Assembly (NCBI GenBank): GCA_963737265.1
Contig: CAVTRY010000014.1
Coordinates: 390,714 to 454,713 of the forward strand
Direction of reading: 5' to 3'
DNA: 64,000 bases
From: an uncultured delta proteobacterium
GTDB taxonomy: Bacteria > Myxococcota_A > Polyangia > Fen-1088
Each line of letters starts with the position of its first letter. Position 1 is the first letter of the stretch. The position numbers and the translations under genes were made by a program. Below, piece by piece: positions 53,796 to 64,000 of the stretch. Below the pieces are notes generated by a model, which saw nothing but the letters and a program-made list of their open reading frames with translations, ran no database searches and was not told where the DNA came from.

Positions 53796-55708
53796 ATAGG
53801 GGAATCAAAGGGTGTTTTGAGCGTCGGAGAACCCTGCCGGACCGCATCAGGTCGGCCCCGATCGCGTTGGCGCGGCGCGCTTGACCGGATTTCTGGGGCC
53901 TGACGGGGTCTTTCTCGAGCACGCAGGGCAGTCGACTCCATCCCGACCTGGTCGACGTGCCGTCAGTTCAGCCAGTCTCCGCCCTCGCCACCAGATCGCG
54001 AGGGAGGCGGCCGTGCGGGCCAGAGTTTGGGCGGCTCGGTGGGCAAGCCCATGGCAGAGAGAATCTTCTTGATGGTGTCCTCGGTCTCGACCATGGCGAT
54101 GAGGCGCAGCGGGGTTTTGCAGCGAGGGCAGACGGTGTCGATGTCGAACGTCCTTTTCAGGAGCTGGCTCCAAGAAATGTAGTGGGAAAGGGGCAGTGAA
54201 GGCTTGTCGTTTTCCTCGGGCGTGGCCGCGGCCGGGACTGGGACGACTTGGCTACGGAGGCTGGAGTGTGACGAGATGACCCCCGAATATCTGACGACAT
54301 GACGACGCGGAGGGGGATGATCGCGGCTAGCCTGGCAATAAGGGCGAGCGGCGCAAGGTCGACCGACGATGTGCCATCGGACCACGGGCGCTTGAACTCC
54401 AACCTCACGTCACCATCGTCGAGGATCTTGAGGCGGTCGTTGGCGAGGGGCGGGCGCAAGATGTACTTGCACAGGTTCTCGCGACCCTTCTTGTCGTTGG
54501 CGGCGACTTTGGTCTGGGCATGCAGGTTGAACCCGGCATGCTGGGCGCATAGTCTGCCTTTGGCCACGGGCGTGGCGTCGGGGTCGAGCACGATGCGCAC
54601 AGGCGCCCGCTTGTGCGCGGGGCCGGCGGGGGAGGCTCCGGCGGTGGCGGCGGCCAGGAGTCGGGCCAGGAGCGGATCCTTCTCGCCGATGGTTTCGTCG
54701 GTGACGACGGTGACTTCACCGTCGCCTGGCGCGGTGACGAGGGTGATGACCCCGCGACGCTTTAGGAAGCGGAGGATGCGCTTACTGGTGCGTTCGACGA
54801 TGGCAAGGACATCCTCTTGGGTAAGTTCCGGCGCCGGGTGGAAGATGGGGGAACCGCCGTCGCGGCCAGGGGCGTACACGCCATCGAGCTGGAGAACGTG
54901 GAAATGCGGGGAGAGACGCAGGTCGCTGTTGGCGCGCTGGATGACAGTGACGGCGCCAGACTCGCCGTCGGTAATCCCCCGATCTGCCATGCGCCTGCGA
55001 TAGTTGGACGCGACGGTGTCGATGAAGATGCGCAGGACTTGGCCGAGCAATTTCCCTTCGAAGGCTAAGGGAAATCTCAGCGGGAAAGGCACGGTCAGCA
55101 CGAATTGTCGGATGGGCACTTCGGGCAGGACGTGGTCGACCAGAGTCAGGGCGCCCGCGTTCATGCGTCTGCCGCCGCAGCTCGGACAGAAGCCGCGACC
55201 TTTGCAGCTCCAGGCCACCGCATACCGCTGGTGGCAGGTCTTACACAAAAGTTGCGCGAAGCCCCGCGCGAGGATGCCACAGCCTAGGAAGTCGTGCAGC
55301 TCGTCGGTCACGAAGCTGGGCAGCGTGCGGCCGTCGGACTTGTCGGTCCACTCTTGCTCGAAGGTCAGAAGGTGTTGCTGGAGCACCTGGAAGAGCGCGG
55401 TCTTCTCGGGCTCCCGGCGGGCATAGGTGTAGCCGGTCGCAGGTCTTGCGCATGCCGCTGCCTCCATGAAAGAAGATGTCGGTCAGCGGGTCACGGAAGT
55501 TGCTTGAGCACGCCCTCAGCGCCCCGCGCCTTCGTCCGGGGGCGGTTCGCTGTCGCGCTGGTTGAGGCAGGCGGCCACGGCGGCGACCAGGCTGCGGCGG
55601 TGGCGGCTCTTGGGGCCCAAGGCAGGCCCAAGGCAGTCGGCTGACTCTTGGTAGCTTGCTGAGATCGGACTGCTGCTCCCCGAGCTGCCTCTCGAAGTGC
55701 GTTTGCAT
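53796..55708 (-). mobile_element. IS91/ISCR-like element; transposase 55467-53963 with a -1 indel near 54313
   Basis: Direct repeat of 58478-60392; HUH transposase. Confidence 0.9.
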
Positions 55709-56089
55709 ACCGAGGCCGACCGTTCAAGCGTCAATCAACCTCCTCCACGGCTTCGGTTCGCCTGTGCGCCGAAAAAACTCGGGCTCGGCCTCGCCAAACC
55801 TGCCCGCGATAGGCTTTGATCGCCAATTGCCCGCTGCCCGCCAATTCGGGAGGCTGCCTGGTAGTTCGGACGCGGGAGGAGTTTTGCCCGAAAAGTTGCG
55901 CCAGGCGCCCGATCCGGTGATTGTTCCCTGACATGGCGCGCATTGAAGTGAAGTCAGTCCAGCGGAAGGTGGCATCAGCCTGGGTAGAAATCGAGAAGAT
56001 CACCGACGCTGAAGTCCGGCGCATCTACAAGACTTTCGACTCTCTGATCAAGACAGAGGAGCAACAGCAGGGGGGTGGGGAGGATGGTT

Positions 56090-56540
56090 TATCGGGTATC
56101 CGACGCGGGCATGAACCGAATCTTGGGAACAACGGCCCCAACGATCCTGTAGCCTGTGGCTCGCAGGTCGAGTGTGTCGACGTGAACTCGGCCGAGGGTA
56201 GGTCTTGGACACAGCGGCAGAGGGATCAGGCGGCGTACGACTTTGGTACCAGAGACACGGACGGATACAGGAACGCTCGCGCCGCGACCATTGGTGAGCA
56301 GGCAGAGTACGGGGCCGAGATTGTTCGAACAGGGAACGGCGGATTCGGAAATACCGCGACGCGAACCGGCCAAGACTACTTCTTCCAGCCAGACCTGTCA
56401 GTTGACCCAGAGGCGGTTGAGCACACGCATATCAGCCCCTATAGGAGCGCGTCGACTGGGGATGTTCAATGGGCTGAACAAAACAACGTCGGAGTCTATA
56501 CCCTCACTGGTCGAGGGGAATTCCTCTACTACGAGCTCCA
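56090..56540 (+). pseudogene. JAB/MPN-like (polymorphic toxin type) fragment
   Basis: EYG...HTH...SASTGD motif. Confidence 0.5.
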
Positions 56541-57217
56541 GGTATGTCACCGTCGAGGCGAAGTAGTCGAACGTCGATTCGGACTTCACGAATCGCAGCT
56601 CCATCAGCCGTCCCGTGGCATCGTCCACGTACACTAGCAGCGTGCAGCGTGGGCCTCGATCCTCGAACCAATCGTGGGGACTTCCATCGATCTGAACCAG
56701 CTCTCCGAAGCATGACCGTCGATGGCGTGGCTGATGTACTTTGGGAAGTCGCTTCGCACGTGTCAGCCAGATGCCAGCCGCGGCCATCCACTTTCGCAGC
56801 GTCTCCCGCGCCACGTTCACGCCATGAAGCTCCCTTAGCTTCTCCTGCGCCAGCGTCGGTCCGAAGTCGACATACATCTCACGCACGATCGCCGTCGCTC
56901 GCAGCTCCAACTCGGCCGGTAGTCGGCGATTGCTCGGCTTCCCGCGCTTTCGCGATGCCAGCGCCGTTGGTCCCAGCTGTTCGTACGCCGTGCACAGTCG
57001 GCGGATCTGCCGCGTGCTCAGGCCCATCAGCTCCGCGGCCTTCACCTGGGATAGGCGTCTCTCAAGTACCCGCCGAACAACCTCCAGACGGTCGATTTCC
57101 TTGCGGCTCATCGTGACCAGCTCCTTCGCCATTTGCCCAGCTTCTGCGCGACACCGGGTCGCCGAAAGCGGACATTTCTACTTGGCTAGAAGCGGACATT
57201 TTCATGTGGCTGCTACA
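56535..57217 (-). mobile_element. IS1202-family (ISNCY) element, 3' truncated; transposase starts at 57132
   Basis: TGT end with AAGCGGACATTT repeats; DFGPTLA, ELVQIDGSPHDWFE, VDDATG. Confidence 0.85.
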
Positions 57218-57222
57218 TGCAA

Positions 57223-57250
57223 ATGTCCGATAACAGATCTTACGTCAACT
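57223..57250 (+). other. dif-like XerC/XerD site
   Basis: ATGTCCGATAA-CAGATC-TTACGTCAACT; IS1202 end lies 5 bp upstream. Confidence 0.8.
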
Positions 57251-57366
57251 ACATGCGCCTACATGCCGAAATTATCCCTATAGATGATCGTCTCCATGCA
57301 AGGGCATGGGATGCTGCCCTGATTCCCCGTGACGAAGGCGTGCGATCCTAGTGTAGTATCCGATAC

Positions 57367-58422
57367 GTGGAGACTTTCACAAAGAAGGAAGCCAAGGAGA
57401 AGATAGGCGCGCTGGTCCGCCAATTCGACGATGACCTTGTCGAATTGAGGGCCACTGCTCATTCCAAAGAGGCGCATGTCGAAGACACCTACATAAAGCC
57501 ATTTTTCCGATATCTGAACTGGAACGTGACCAACGAGGGGCTTCCCCTGGCTCGCCACGAGTTCATCGTCCAAGCCACACAGCAGGTCGGGAGATCACTC
57601 GGGGAGCCCGACTATCTCCTGCGCCTCCCCGAAGAGACCACCGGGCAGATGAAGAGCTGGCTTTTCATGGAGGCCAAACACCCAAGATACGACCTGTCTA
57701 CCAACCTCCGCTGGATGCGCCAAGCCTACCTCTACGCGCACAGCACGCTGAACCGCTGGGATAGTCCTGAGAACCACGTCCGTCTTGCAATCCTCACCGA
57801 CTTTGCCAAATTCAGGCTCTTCGACTGCACGGACCCCTTTCCGCTTACCCGGAACGACCCAGACCTTTTCGCCAAGAGACCTCCTCAGGGTTGCGGCATT
57901 TTGCAAGCTGTGGGCCGAGGGTCTTGTCAACCAGGTATTGCACGATGTACCTGGGCGTGTAGTACACACCTCTAGCATGGCGCACCTGCGGCGTCGGAAC
58001 TGCCTTGATTCCGCGACCTCCATGGGTCAAGAGATTGCCAAGGAAGCTCTCATAGGCGTATCCGATGATTTCCACGGGCATTGCAGCAAGGTCGGGTAAT
58101 GAGCTTGTTCTACAAAACAAAGGCTGTGAAGAGTTCGCGGGAGTTATTCCCGAAGATTGTGATCAAGAACCTGCGAGAATTCCCATTCCCTTCAGAGATG
58201 GAGCTGTCGCTTCGGAGGAGATTGGCTGCGCATGTCGAGGCGATGTTGGAAGTGTGCCTAGCAGTGTCCCATCACGCGCACGACAATGTGCCCGTTGACC
58301 TTCGCCGCAGGGCAGAAGCAATGGACGTCGAATTGGATCTGCTTGCCTACGAGGCCTATGGGCTAAGCCCGGTTGAGATTGCTCTGGTTGAGAGGGAGAC
58401 TGGGGCTCCAGGGGGCTGTTGA
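57367..58422 (+). pseudogene. Fragmented type IIG-like restriction-modification gene with an inverted internal segment
   Basis: PDY..MEAK nuclease (+); GYAYESFLG..GVYYTPRYIV MTase piece (-); C-terminal YEAYGLSPVEIALVE (+). Confidence 0.75.
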
Positions 58423-58477
58423 ACAGTGTGCGGGAGCGCCGTGCAGGCCATGGGCGACGCCAAGCTCAAGATTGACC

Positions 58478-60392
58478 ATAGGGGAATCAAAGGGTGTTTT
58501 GAGCGTCGGAGAACCCTGCCGGACCGCATCAGGTCGGCCCCGATCGCGTTGGCGCGGCGCGCTTGACCGGATTTCTGGGGCCTGACGGGGTCTTTCTTGA
58601 GCACGCAGGGCAGTCGACTCCATCCCGACCTGGTCGACGTGCCGTCAGTTCAGCCAGTCTCCGCCCTCGCCACCAGATCGCGAGGGAGGCGGCCGTGCGG
58701 GCCAGAGTTTGGGCGGCTCGGTGGGCAAGCCCATGGCAGAGAGAATCTTCTTGATGGTGTCCTCGGTCTCGACCATGGCGATGAGGCGCAGCGGGGTTTT
58801 GCAGCGAGGGCAGACGGTGTCGATGTCGAACGTCCTTTTCAGGAGCTGGCTCCAAGAAATGTAGTGGGAAAGGGGCAGTGAAGGCTTGTCGTTTTCCTCG
58901 GGCGTGGCCGCGGCCGGGACTGGGACGACTTGGCTACGGAGGCTGGAGTGTGACGAGATGACCCCCGAATATCTGACGACATGACGACGCGGAGGGGGGA
59001 TGATCGCGGCTAGCCTGGCAATAAGGGCGAGCGGCGCAAGGTCGACCGACGATGTGCCATCGGACCACGGGCGCTTGAACTCCAACCTCACGTCACCATC
59101 GTCGAGGATTCTTGAGGCGGTCGTTGGCGAGGGGCGGGCGCAAGATGTACTTGCACAGGTTCTCGCGACCCTTCTTGTCGTTGGCGGCGACTTTGGTCTG
59201 GGCATGCAGGTTGAACCCGGCATGCTGGGCGCATAGTCTGCCTTTGGCCACGGGCGTGGCGTCGGGGTCGAGCACGATGCGCACAGGCGCCCGCTTGTGC
59301 GCGGGGCCGGCGGGGGAGGCTCCGGCGGTGGCGGCGGCCAGGAGTCGGGCCAGGAGCGGATCCTTCTCGCCGATGGTTTCGTCGGTGACGACGGTGACTT
59401 CACCGTCGCCTGGCGCGGTGACGAGGGTGATGACCCCGCGACGCTTTAGGAAGCGGAGGATGCGCTTACTGGTGCGTTCGACGATGGCAAGGACATCCTC
59501 TTGGGTAAGTTCCGGCGCCGGGTGGAAGATGGGGGAACCGCCGTCGCGGCCAGGGGCGTACACGCCATCGAGCTGGAGAACGTGGAAATGCGGGGAGAGA
59601 CGCAGGTCGCTGTTGGCGCGCTGGATGACAGTGACGGCGCCAGACTCGCCGTCGGTAATCCCCCGATCTGCCATGCGCCTGCGATAGTTGGACGCGACGG
59701 TGTCGATGAAGATGCGCAGGACTTGGCCGAGCAATTTCCCTTCGAAGGCTAAGGGAAATCTCAGCGGGAAAGGCACGGTCAGCACGAATTGTCGGATGGG
59801 CACTTCGGGCAGGACGTGGTCGACCAGAGTCAGGGCGCCCGCGTTCATGCGTCTGCCGCCGCAGCTCGGACAGAAGCCGCGACCTTTGCAGCTCCAGGCC
59901 ACCGCATACCGCTGGTGGCAGGTCTTACACAAAAGTTGCGCGAAGCCCCGCGCGAGGATGCCACAGCCTAGGAAGTCGTGCAGCTCGTCGGTCACGAAGC
60001 TGGGCAGCGTGCGGCCGTCGGACTTGTCGGTCCACTCTTGCTCGAAGGTCAGAAGGTGTTGCTGGAGCACCTGGAAGAGCGCGGTCTTCTCGGGCTCCCG
60101 GCGGGCATAGGTGTAGCCGGTCGCAGGTCTTGCGCATGCCGCTGCCTCCATGAAAGAAGATGTCGGTCAGCGGGTCACGGAAGTTGCTTGAGCACGCCCT
60201 CAGCGCCCCGCGCCTTCGTCCGGGGGCGGTTCGCTGTCGCGCTGGTTGAGGCAGGCGGCCACGGCGGCGACCAGGCTGCGGCGGTGGCGGCGCTTGGGGC
60301 CCAAGGCAGGCCCAAGGCAGTCGGCTGACTCTTGGTAGCTTGCTGAGATCGGACTGCTGCTCCCCGAGCTGCCTCTCGAAGTGCGTTTGCAT
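58478..60392 (-). mobile_element. IS91/ISCR-like element; transposase 60151-58645 with a +1 indel near 59110
   Basis: Direct repeat of 53796-55708. Confidence 0.9.
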
Positions 60393-60802
60393 GCACTGCG
60401 CTGCGGGTCGCCGAGGTAGATCTCGATGTGACGTCGCGCCCCCTGCAACGCAGCTGCGGCGATCGCCGGTTGCATCGCGGCGAAGCTGCGCGGCTCGTCG
60501 GCATACGGCCCGATGTGCAGGATGCGCCCGCAGCGCTGCTCGGGGATCTTCTCCAGGAACACGCGCGCCGCGGCCTCGCTACCCTCGAGCTTGCCGCCCT
60601 TCTTCGTCGTGGCGTCGCGCACGGTGTCCGTGATCTCGGCCGCGGCCACGTCCGCCGGAACGGTGATGCGCAGGCGCCACGTCCAGCTCTCGGGCGGCGG
60701 CACGGTGCCTTCCTCCGGACAGCCCTCGGCCGCCCAGACTCCCTCCAGAGGGGCGACGCGGAACTGGCTCCCGCGGCCGGACTTCTTGCGCGCGAACTTC
60801 AT
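60393..60802 (-). pseudogene. GyrI-like domain protein, truncated
   Basis: PLEGVW, LHIGPYADE, HIEIYLGDP. Confidence 0.75.
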
Positions 60803-60863
60803 CGTATAGACAATGGAGCCTAGTCCAAATAAGCCCGATCTTTCTCTGCGTCATCAGCGAAAA

Positions 60864-60891
60864 AAGTCTGATAAGGCATAATCTGTTAATT
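60864..60891 (+). other. Degenerate dif-like site
   Basis: AAGTCTGATAA-GGCATA-ATCTGTTAATT. Confidence 0.45.
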
Positions 60892-60982
60892 ATGTCGCAC
60901 TGTCCCCCCCATCTGCCCGGCACCCCCCATCTACCCAGGGAGTATTCCCACCCAGCTTATGTACTGGTGCACCGGCAGCAGT

Positions 60983-61186
60983 CTAGGGGGTGGCTGTCGT
61001 GATATCGACGGAGCCACCGGTGAGCGACCCGGAGGTCGCCTTGAGCGTGATCTTTCCGGCGGTTGCCGTGGCCTGGACAATGGCCATGAGCTTGCCGCTG
61101 AAAGCGGCGTGCGAGGTGCCCTTGTAGGAGTCGTGGTTGGTCGAATCTCCGGCGTCGAGGCCCACCAGCGCGCCTGGCGCAGCCAC
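60983..61186 (-). pseudogene. GH2 beta-galactosidase-like C-terminal fragment
   Basis: GLDAGDST..AFSGKLMAIVQ..GKITLKATS. Confidence 0.6.
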
Positions 61187-61207
61187 AGTGGGGCAGATGG
61201 ATACGAA

Positions 61208-63571
61208 CTATTTCAGTGACTCGGTGACGGCCTTGTCCAAGCTAGGAACGTGAATCGGCACCGGCGATCCCGACTTCATTTTCCAGACGGTGAAGCCGCC
61301 CTTGATCACTTTGCCACGCAGCTCCCCTTGTTTGCCTTCCGTGACGAAGCGGACCTGGAGCCTCGTCTTGCCGTCCTCTTTGATGTCGAACAGCTTTCGC
61401 GCCACGGCGTCTGACAGGAGGTGGCCTCCCTTTGTATCCACACAGAAGATGAGGCCCTTCCGCCAGGCGATGAAGTCCGGATAAAAGGAGGCCGTATCGC
61501 CTTCAGACAGCAGCGGAATGAAAAAACCGCCGCTGGCCGGGTTGCGGTGCCACGTGGTGCCATTTGCGTCGAGCGCTTTGGCGTAGGCCAGCTCGAATTT
61601 GTTGAACCCGCTGTAGCGCTCGTAAAGACCATTGGTGAATGCCGGCGCGGCTTTGGGCACTCGCAGCGTACCGAAATGAAAGGGCTTAACGCTTTCGTAC
61701 ACCAAGTCTGAGTGGTCGTAAAAGGCTTCGACAACCTCACGCGCAAGCTTGTCTGTGAGCTTGTCAGCCTTGCTCTGAACCTGGACCCGCACGTCGAACT
61801 TCGGATTCTTCAGATCGACGACGGCGAGGGCGCGAGAGGAGCGCGATTTGACAGCAGTGTTCACGAGCCACCGGAGTCGGACGGGGTTCGTGTGGCCATC
61901 TGTCGTCCATTCGACCGCACCTGCATCTTTGCCGAGCGCTTCGAGGTCGACGATCTGCGTCGTCATGTGCGCTTCGCCAAGCGTGTTGACGTCGCCTTCG
62001 GCGAACTGTGGGAACTCATCGACGATTTCGCCGATGCGTTCGCGGGCGGCCTCGGAATCCACAAACACATGGTGAAGGGCAACATCAACGTCGTCCTTGG
62101 GCTCGAGATCTTCAACGCCGGCGCCCTTGGTCCCGAAATTCGCCGAGATTTCGATGGGCGCGCCTTCCGATTGAAGTTTCTCCTTAACCTTCTGAATCGC
62201 TTCGGTGAAGACGCTTTCCTTATCGACGCGCAAGAAGAAATGCGCGCTGTTCAGCAGTGGGCTCTCGTAGTGCGTTGCGGCGTACTGGCGCAGAACCCGG
62301 CCAATGACTTGCTCGACCTGAATTGCCGAACCCATGCTCTTGTCGATGTAGGCGAGGTAGCACGCGGGATCGTCCCAGCCTTCCTGCAATGACAGGTTGA
62401 AAATGATGTGCTGGTAGTCGCCCGCCCGGAATTCGTTGAAGTCGCTTTCGCCTTTCGAGAATAGGTTTACTTCATCTGGCTTGTTGCCCTTGACGAAGGT
62501 CAGATTGGCGTAAATCGCGATGTCCTTCGGGGCGACTCCCTTCTCCTCGACGAGGTAGCGCCAGATGCGAATCGGCGGTGCGTTGCGGTGCATGAACGGC
62601 TTACTCGCGTCGTCCTTGTCGCCCTCATCCGTGATGTTGGTCTTGGAGACGTAGATGGCCTTGGGCTTGAAGTCCAGACCGCGCAGCTCGATCTCGTGAT
62701 TTAGGATTTCCAGCCGGTTCATCAGGTCGTCAAGGCAGCTTTCCATCCGCGCCGTAGTCCCGTCGAACTGGATCGCCTTCTTCACAAGTTGCGCAGCAAC
62801 CACCTTCTCGCTGCTGACCGCCGTCGTGATGAATCGCTCGGCTTCGGGCCGGCCGCCCTCGTCAACGGCGCCCAAGCCGGCGAACGGGTCCGCGATCTGC
62901 GATTCTTCAACCCACAGCTTGATGGGCTGGATGACGGACTTCTGAAAGTTTGCTGGCAGCTTAAGCGTCGCACTCGCGAGAAGGTACGCGTCAGGCTCGA
63001 GTTCGGAGAGCAGGTCGGTCTGCTGCTCGGAGAGATTGTGGCCTTCGTCGTAGACAATAACGAGCGGCCGGCGCTTCGCCCCATCCAACCGCCCGATCGG
63101 CCGCTCCCATGGCGATTGCTCGCCGAATAGGTCGTTATCCTTCTTGTAGATGTTCAGGGCGCCTTCGGACTGTTCCTTGTTATTAAACAGGCCTGTCGTC
63201 GTCATCAGCAGGAGCGGCGTCGTGCCATCCGCAAGAAGCTTGGGGTTGATGTTCTGAATGTTGATGACGCCGAAGCCGTCGACCAGTTCGCTGTACTTGC
63301 CCCCGGAGAAATTGCTGTAGGTCTGCGCAACCACCGACCGAGCCTTCGACATCCACAGGATGATCGGCTCGGCGCTGAAATGGCCGCGCATCAGCGACAC
63401 GGCCTGGGCGAGGATCGGGGTTTTGCCGGCGCCCGTGAGCGCCGACAGCGCTTGAAAAAATGGCCGCGGCTTGTTGCCCTTGCGCGGCCGGTCAGGGTGA
63501 GCCGCGAAGAATGCGTAGCGACTGGCTATCGTCTTCGCGCTTTCACTCTGAAATACCTTGAGCTCAAGCAA
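61208..63571 (-). CDS. Type III restriction (Res)-like SF2 helicase-nuclease
   Basis: TGAGKT, DEGH, SAT, EGWD, QVIGRVLR, FYPDF..DTKG. Confidence 0.85.
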   Translation of the reverse strand: MLELKVFQSESAKTIASRYAFFAAHPDRPRKGNKPRPFFQALSALTGAGKTPILAQAVSLMRGHFSAEPIILWMSKARSVVAQTYSNFSGGKYSELVDGFGVINIQNINPKLLADGTTPLLLMTTTGLFNNKEQSEGALNIYKKDNDLFGEQSPWERPIGRLDGAKRRPLVIVYDEGHNLSEQQTDLLSELEPDAYLLASATLKLPANFQKSVIQPIKLWVEESQIADPFAGLGAVDEGGRPEAERFITTAVSSEKVVAAQLVKKAIQFDGTTARMESCLDDLMNRLEILNHEIELRGLDFKPKAIYVSKTNITDEGDKDDASKPFMHRNAPPIRIWRYLVEEKGVAPKDIAIYANLTFVKGNKPDEVNLFSKGESDFNEFRAGDYQHIIFNLSLQEGWDDPACYLAYIDKSMGSAIQVEQVIGRVLRQYAATHYESPLLNSAHFFLRVDKESVFTEAIQKVKEKLQSEGAPIEISANFGTKGAGVEDLEPKDDVDVALHHVFVDSEAARERIGEIVDEFPQFAEGDVNTLGEAHMTTQIVDLEALGKDAGAVEWTTDGHTNPVRLRWLVNTAVKSRSSRALAVVDLKNPKFDVRVQVQSKADKLTDKLAREVVEAFYDHSDLVYESVKPFHFGTLRVPKAAPAFTNGLYERYSGFNKFELAYAKALDANGTTWHRNPASGGFFIPLLSEGDTASFYPDFIAWRKGLIFCVDTKGGHLLSDAVARKLFDIKEDGKTRLQVRFVTEGKQGELRGKVIKGGFTVWKMKSGSPVPIHVPSLDKAVTESLK

Positions 63572-64000
63572 CGGCGTTTTCCTCGTTGTTGAAGGCGTCG
63601 GAACGTGGGTTGAAGCCGATATGTTCCAGCACCTTATCGGGGATCTTGTAGAACTCGATCCCTGCGCCTGTGTAGGGCGCAACGGACGCGTAAACGTGGT
63701 AACGGGACTTCAAACCATCGGCCTGTGCTTCGGCGACGATTTCCCTGAACACGTCGCGATTGAGGACAGACGGTTGATCCGCCGCCTGCCAGACGAGGAA
63801 GAATCCTTCGTCCTTTGAGTTCACGGCGAACAAGTATTTGTGCGTGCCGACAGGCAGACGGCGGAGATAAGAACGGGCGCGTTCGTTCTTGTCCCAATAG
63901 CTCGTCAGAAGGAGGTCGATCATCTCCTCGCGGGCGAGGGCATTGACGGCGTCGGCATCGATCTTCTCCCGGCGCAGTTCCATGAAGCGAAAGCCAGCTG
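63564..64000 (-). CDS. C-terminus of a probable type III Mod methyltransferase (partial)
   Basis: Overlaps the Res start; GFRFMEL..FYKIPD; catalytic motifs lie outside the window. Confidence 0.55.
   Translation of the reverse strand, partial: AGFRFMELRREKIDADAVNALAREEMIDLLLTSYWDKNERARSYLRRLPVGTHKYLFAVNSKDEGFFLVWQAADQPSVLNRDVFREIVAEAQADGLKSRYHVYASVAPYTGAGIEFYKIPDKVLEHIGFNPRSDAFNNEENAVA

Overview
A GC-rich window, apparently from a myxobacterium-like (Polyangia-type) genome; this is inferred from the Gly/Cys-rich 'DAG' lipoproteins and an ECF sigma/FecR cluster. It is dominated by nested mobile elements, many with exact ends and target duplications readable in the sequence: three copies of one IS21 (IS21-A), two inverted copies of a 4-gene TGT..ACA Tn552/Mu-like transposon, two IS3, ISKra4-like, IS4, ISL3, IS1202-like and IS630 remnants, a RIT element inside an integrase, a group II intron, and several IS91/ISCR-like rolling-circle elements with six oriIS-like ends. 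Cargo includes a PIN toxin-antitoxin pair, RM genes or fragments, lipoproteins and many short gene fragments. The most unusual observations are: (1) a complete 4.0-kb IS21-like element with CTGAG..CTCAG ends carrying a Zn-finger gene and a ParB-like gene; (2) a ~70-aa protein with an SSB-like acidic D..PF tail, encoded after the ATPase gene of two different transposon types; (3) a 52-bp hairpin/G-quadruplex mini-element inserted three times in one dead transposase; (4) several dif-like XerC/D sites, some coupled to a CCTATA ori-like motif; (5) a group II intron inserted in an oriIS. All calls are by eye, and no database search was run.
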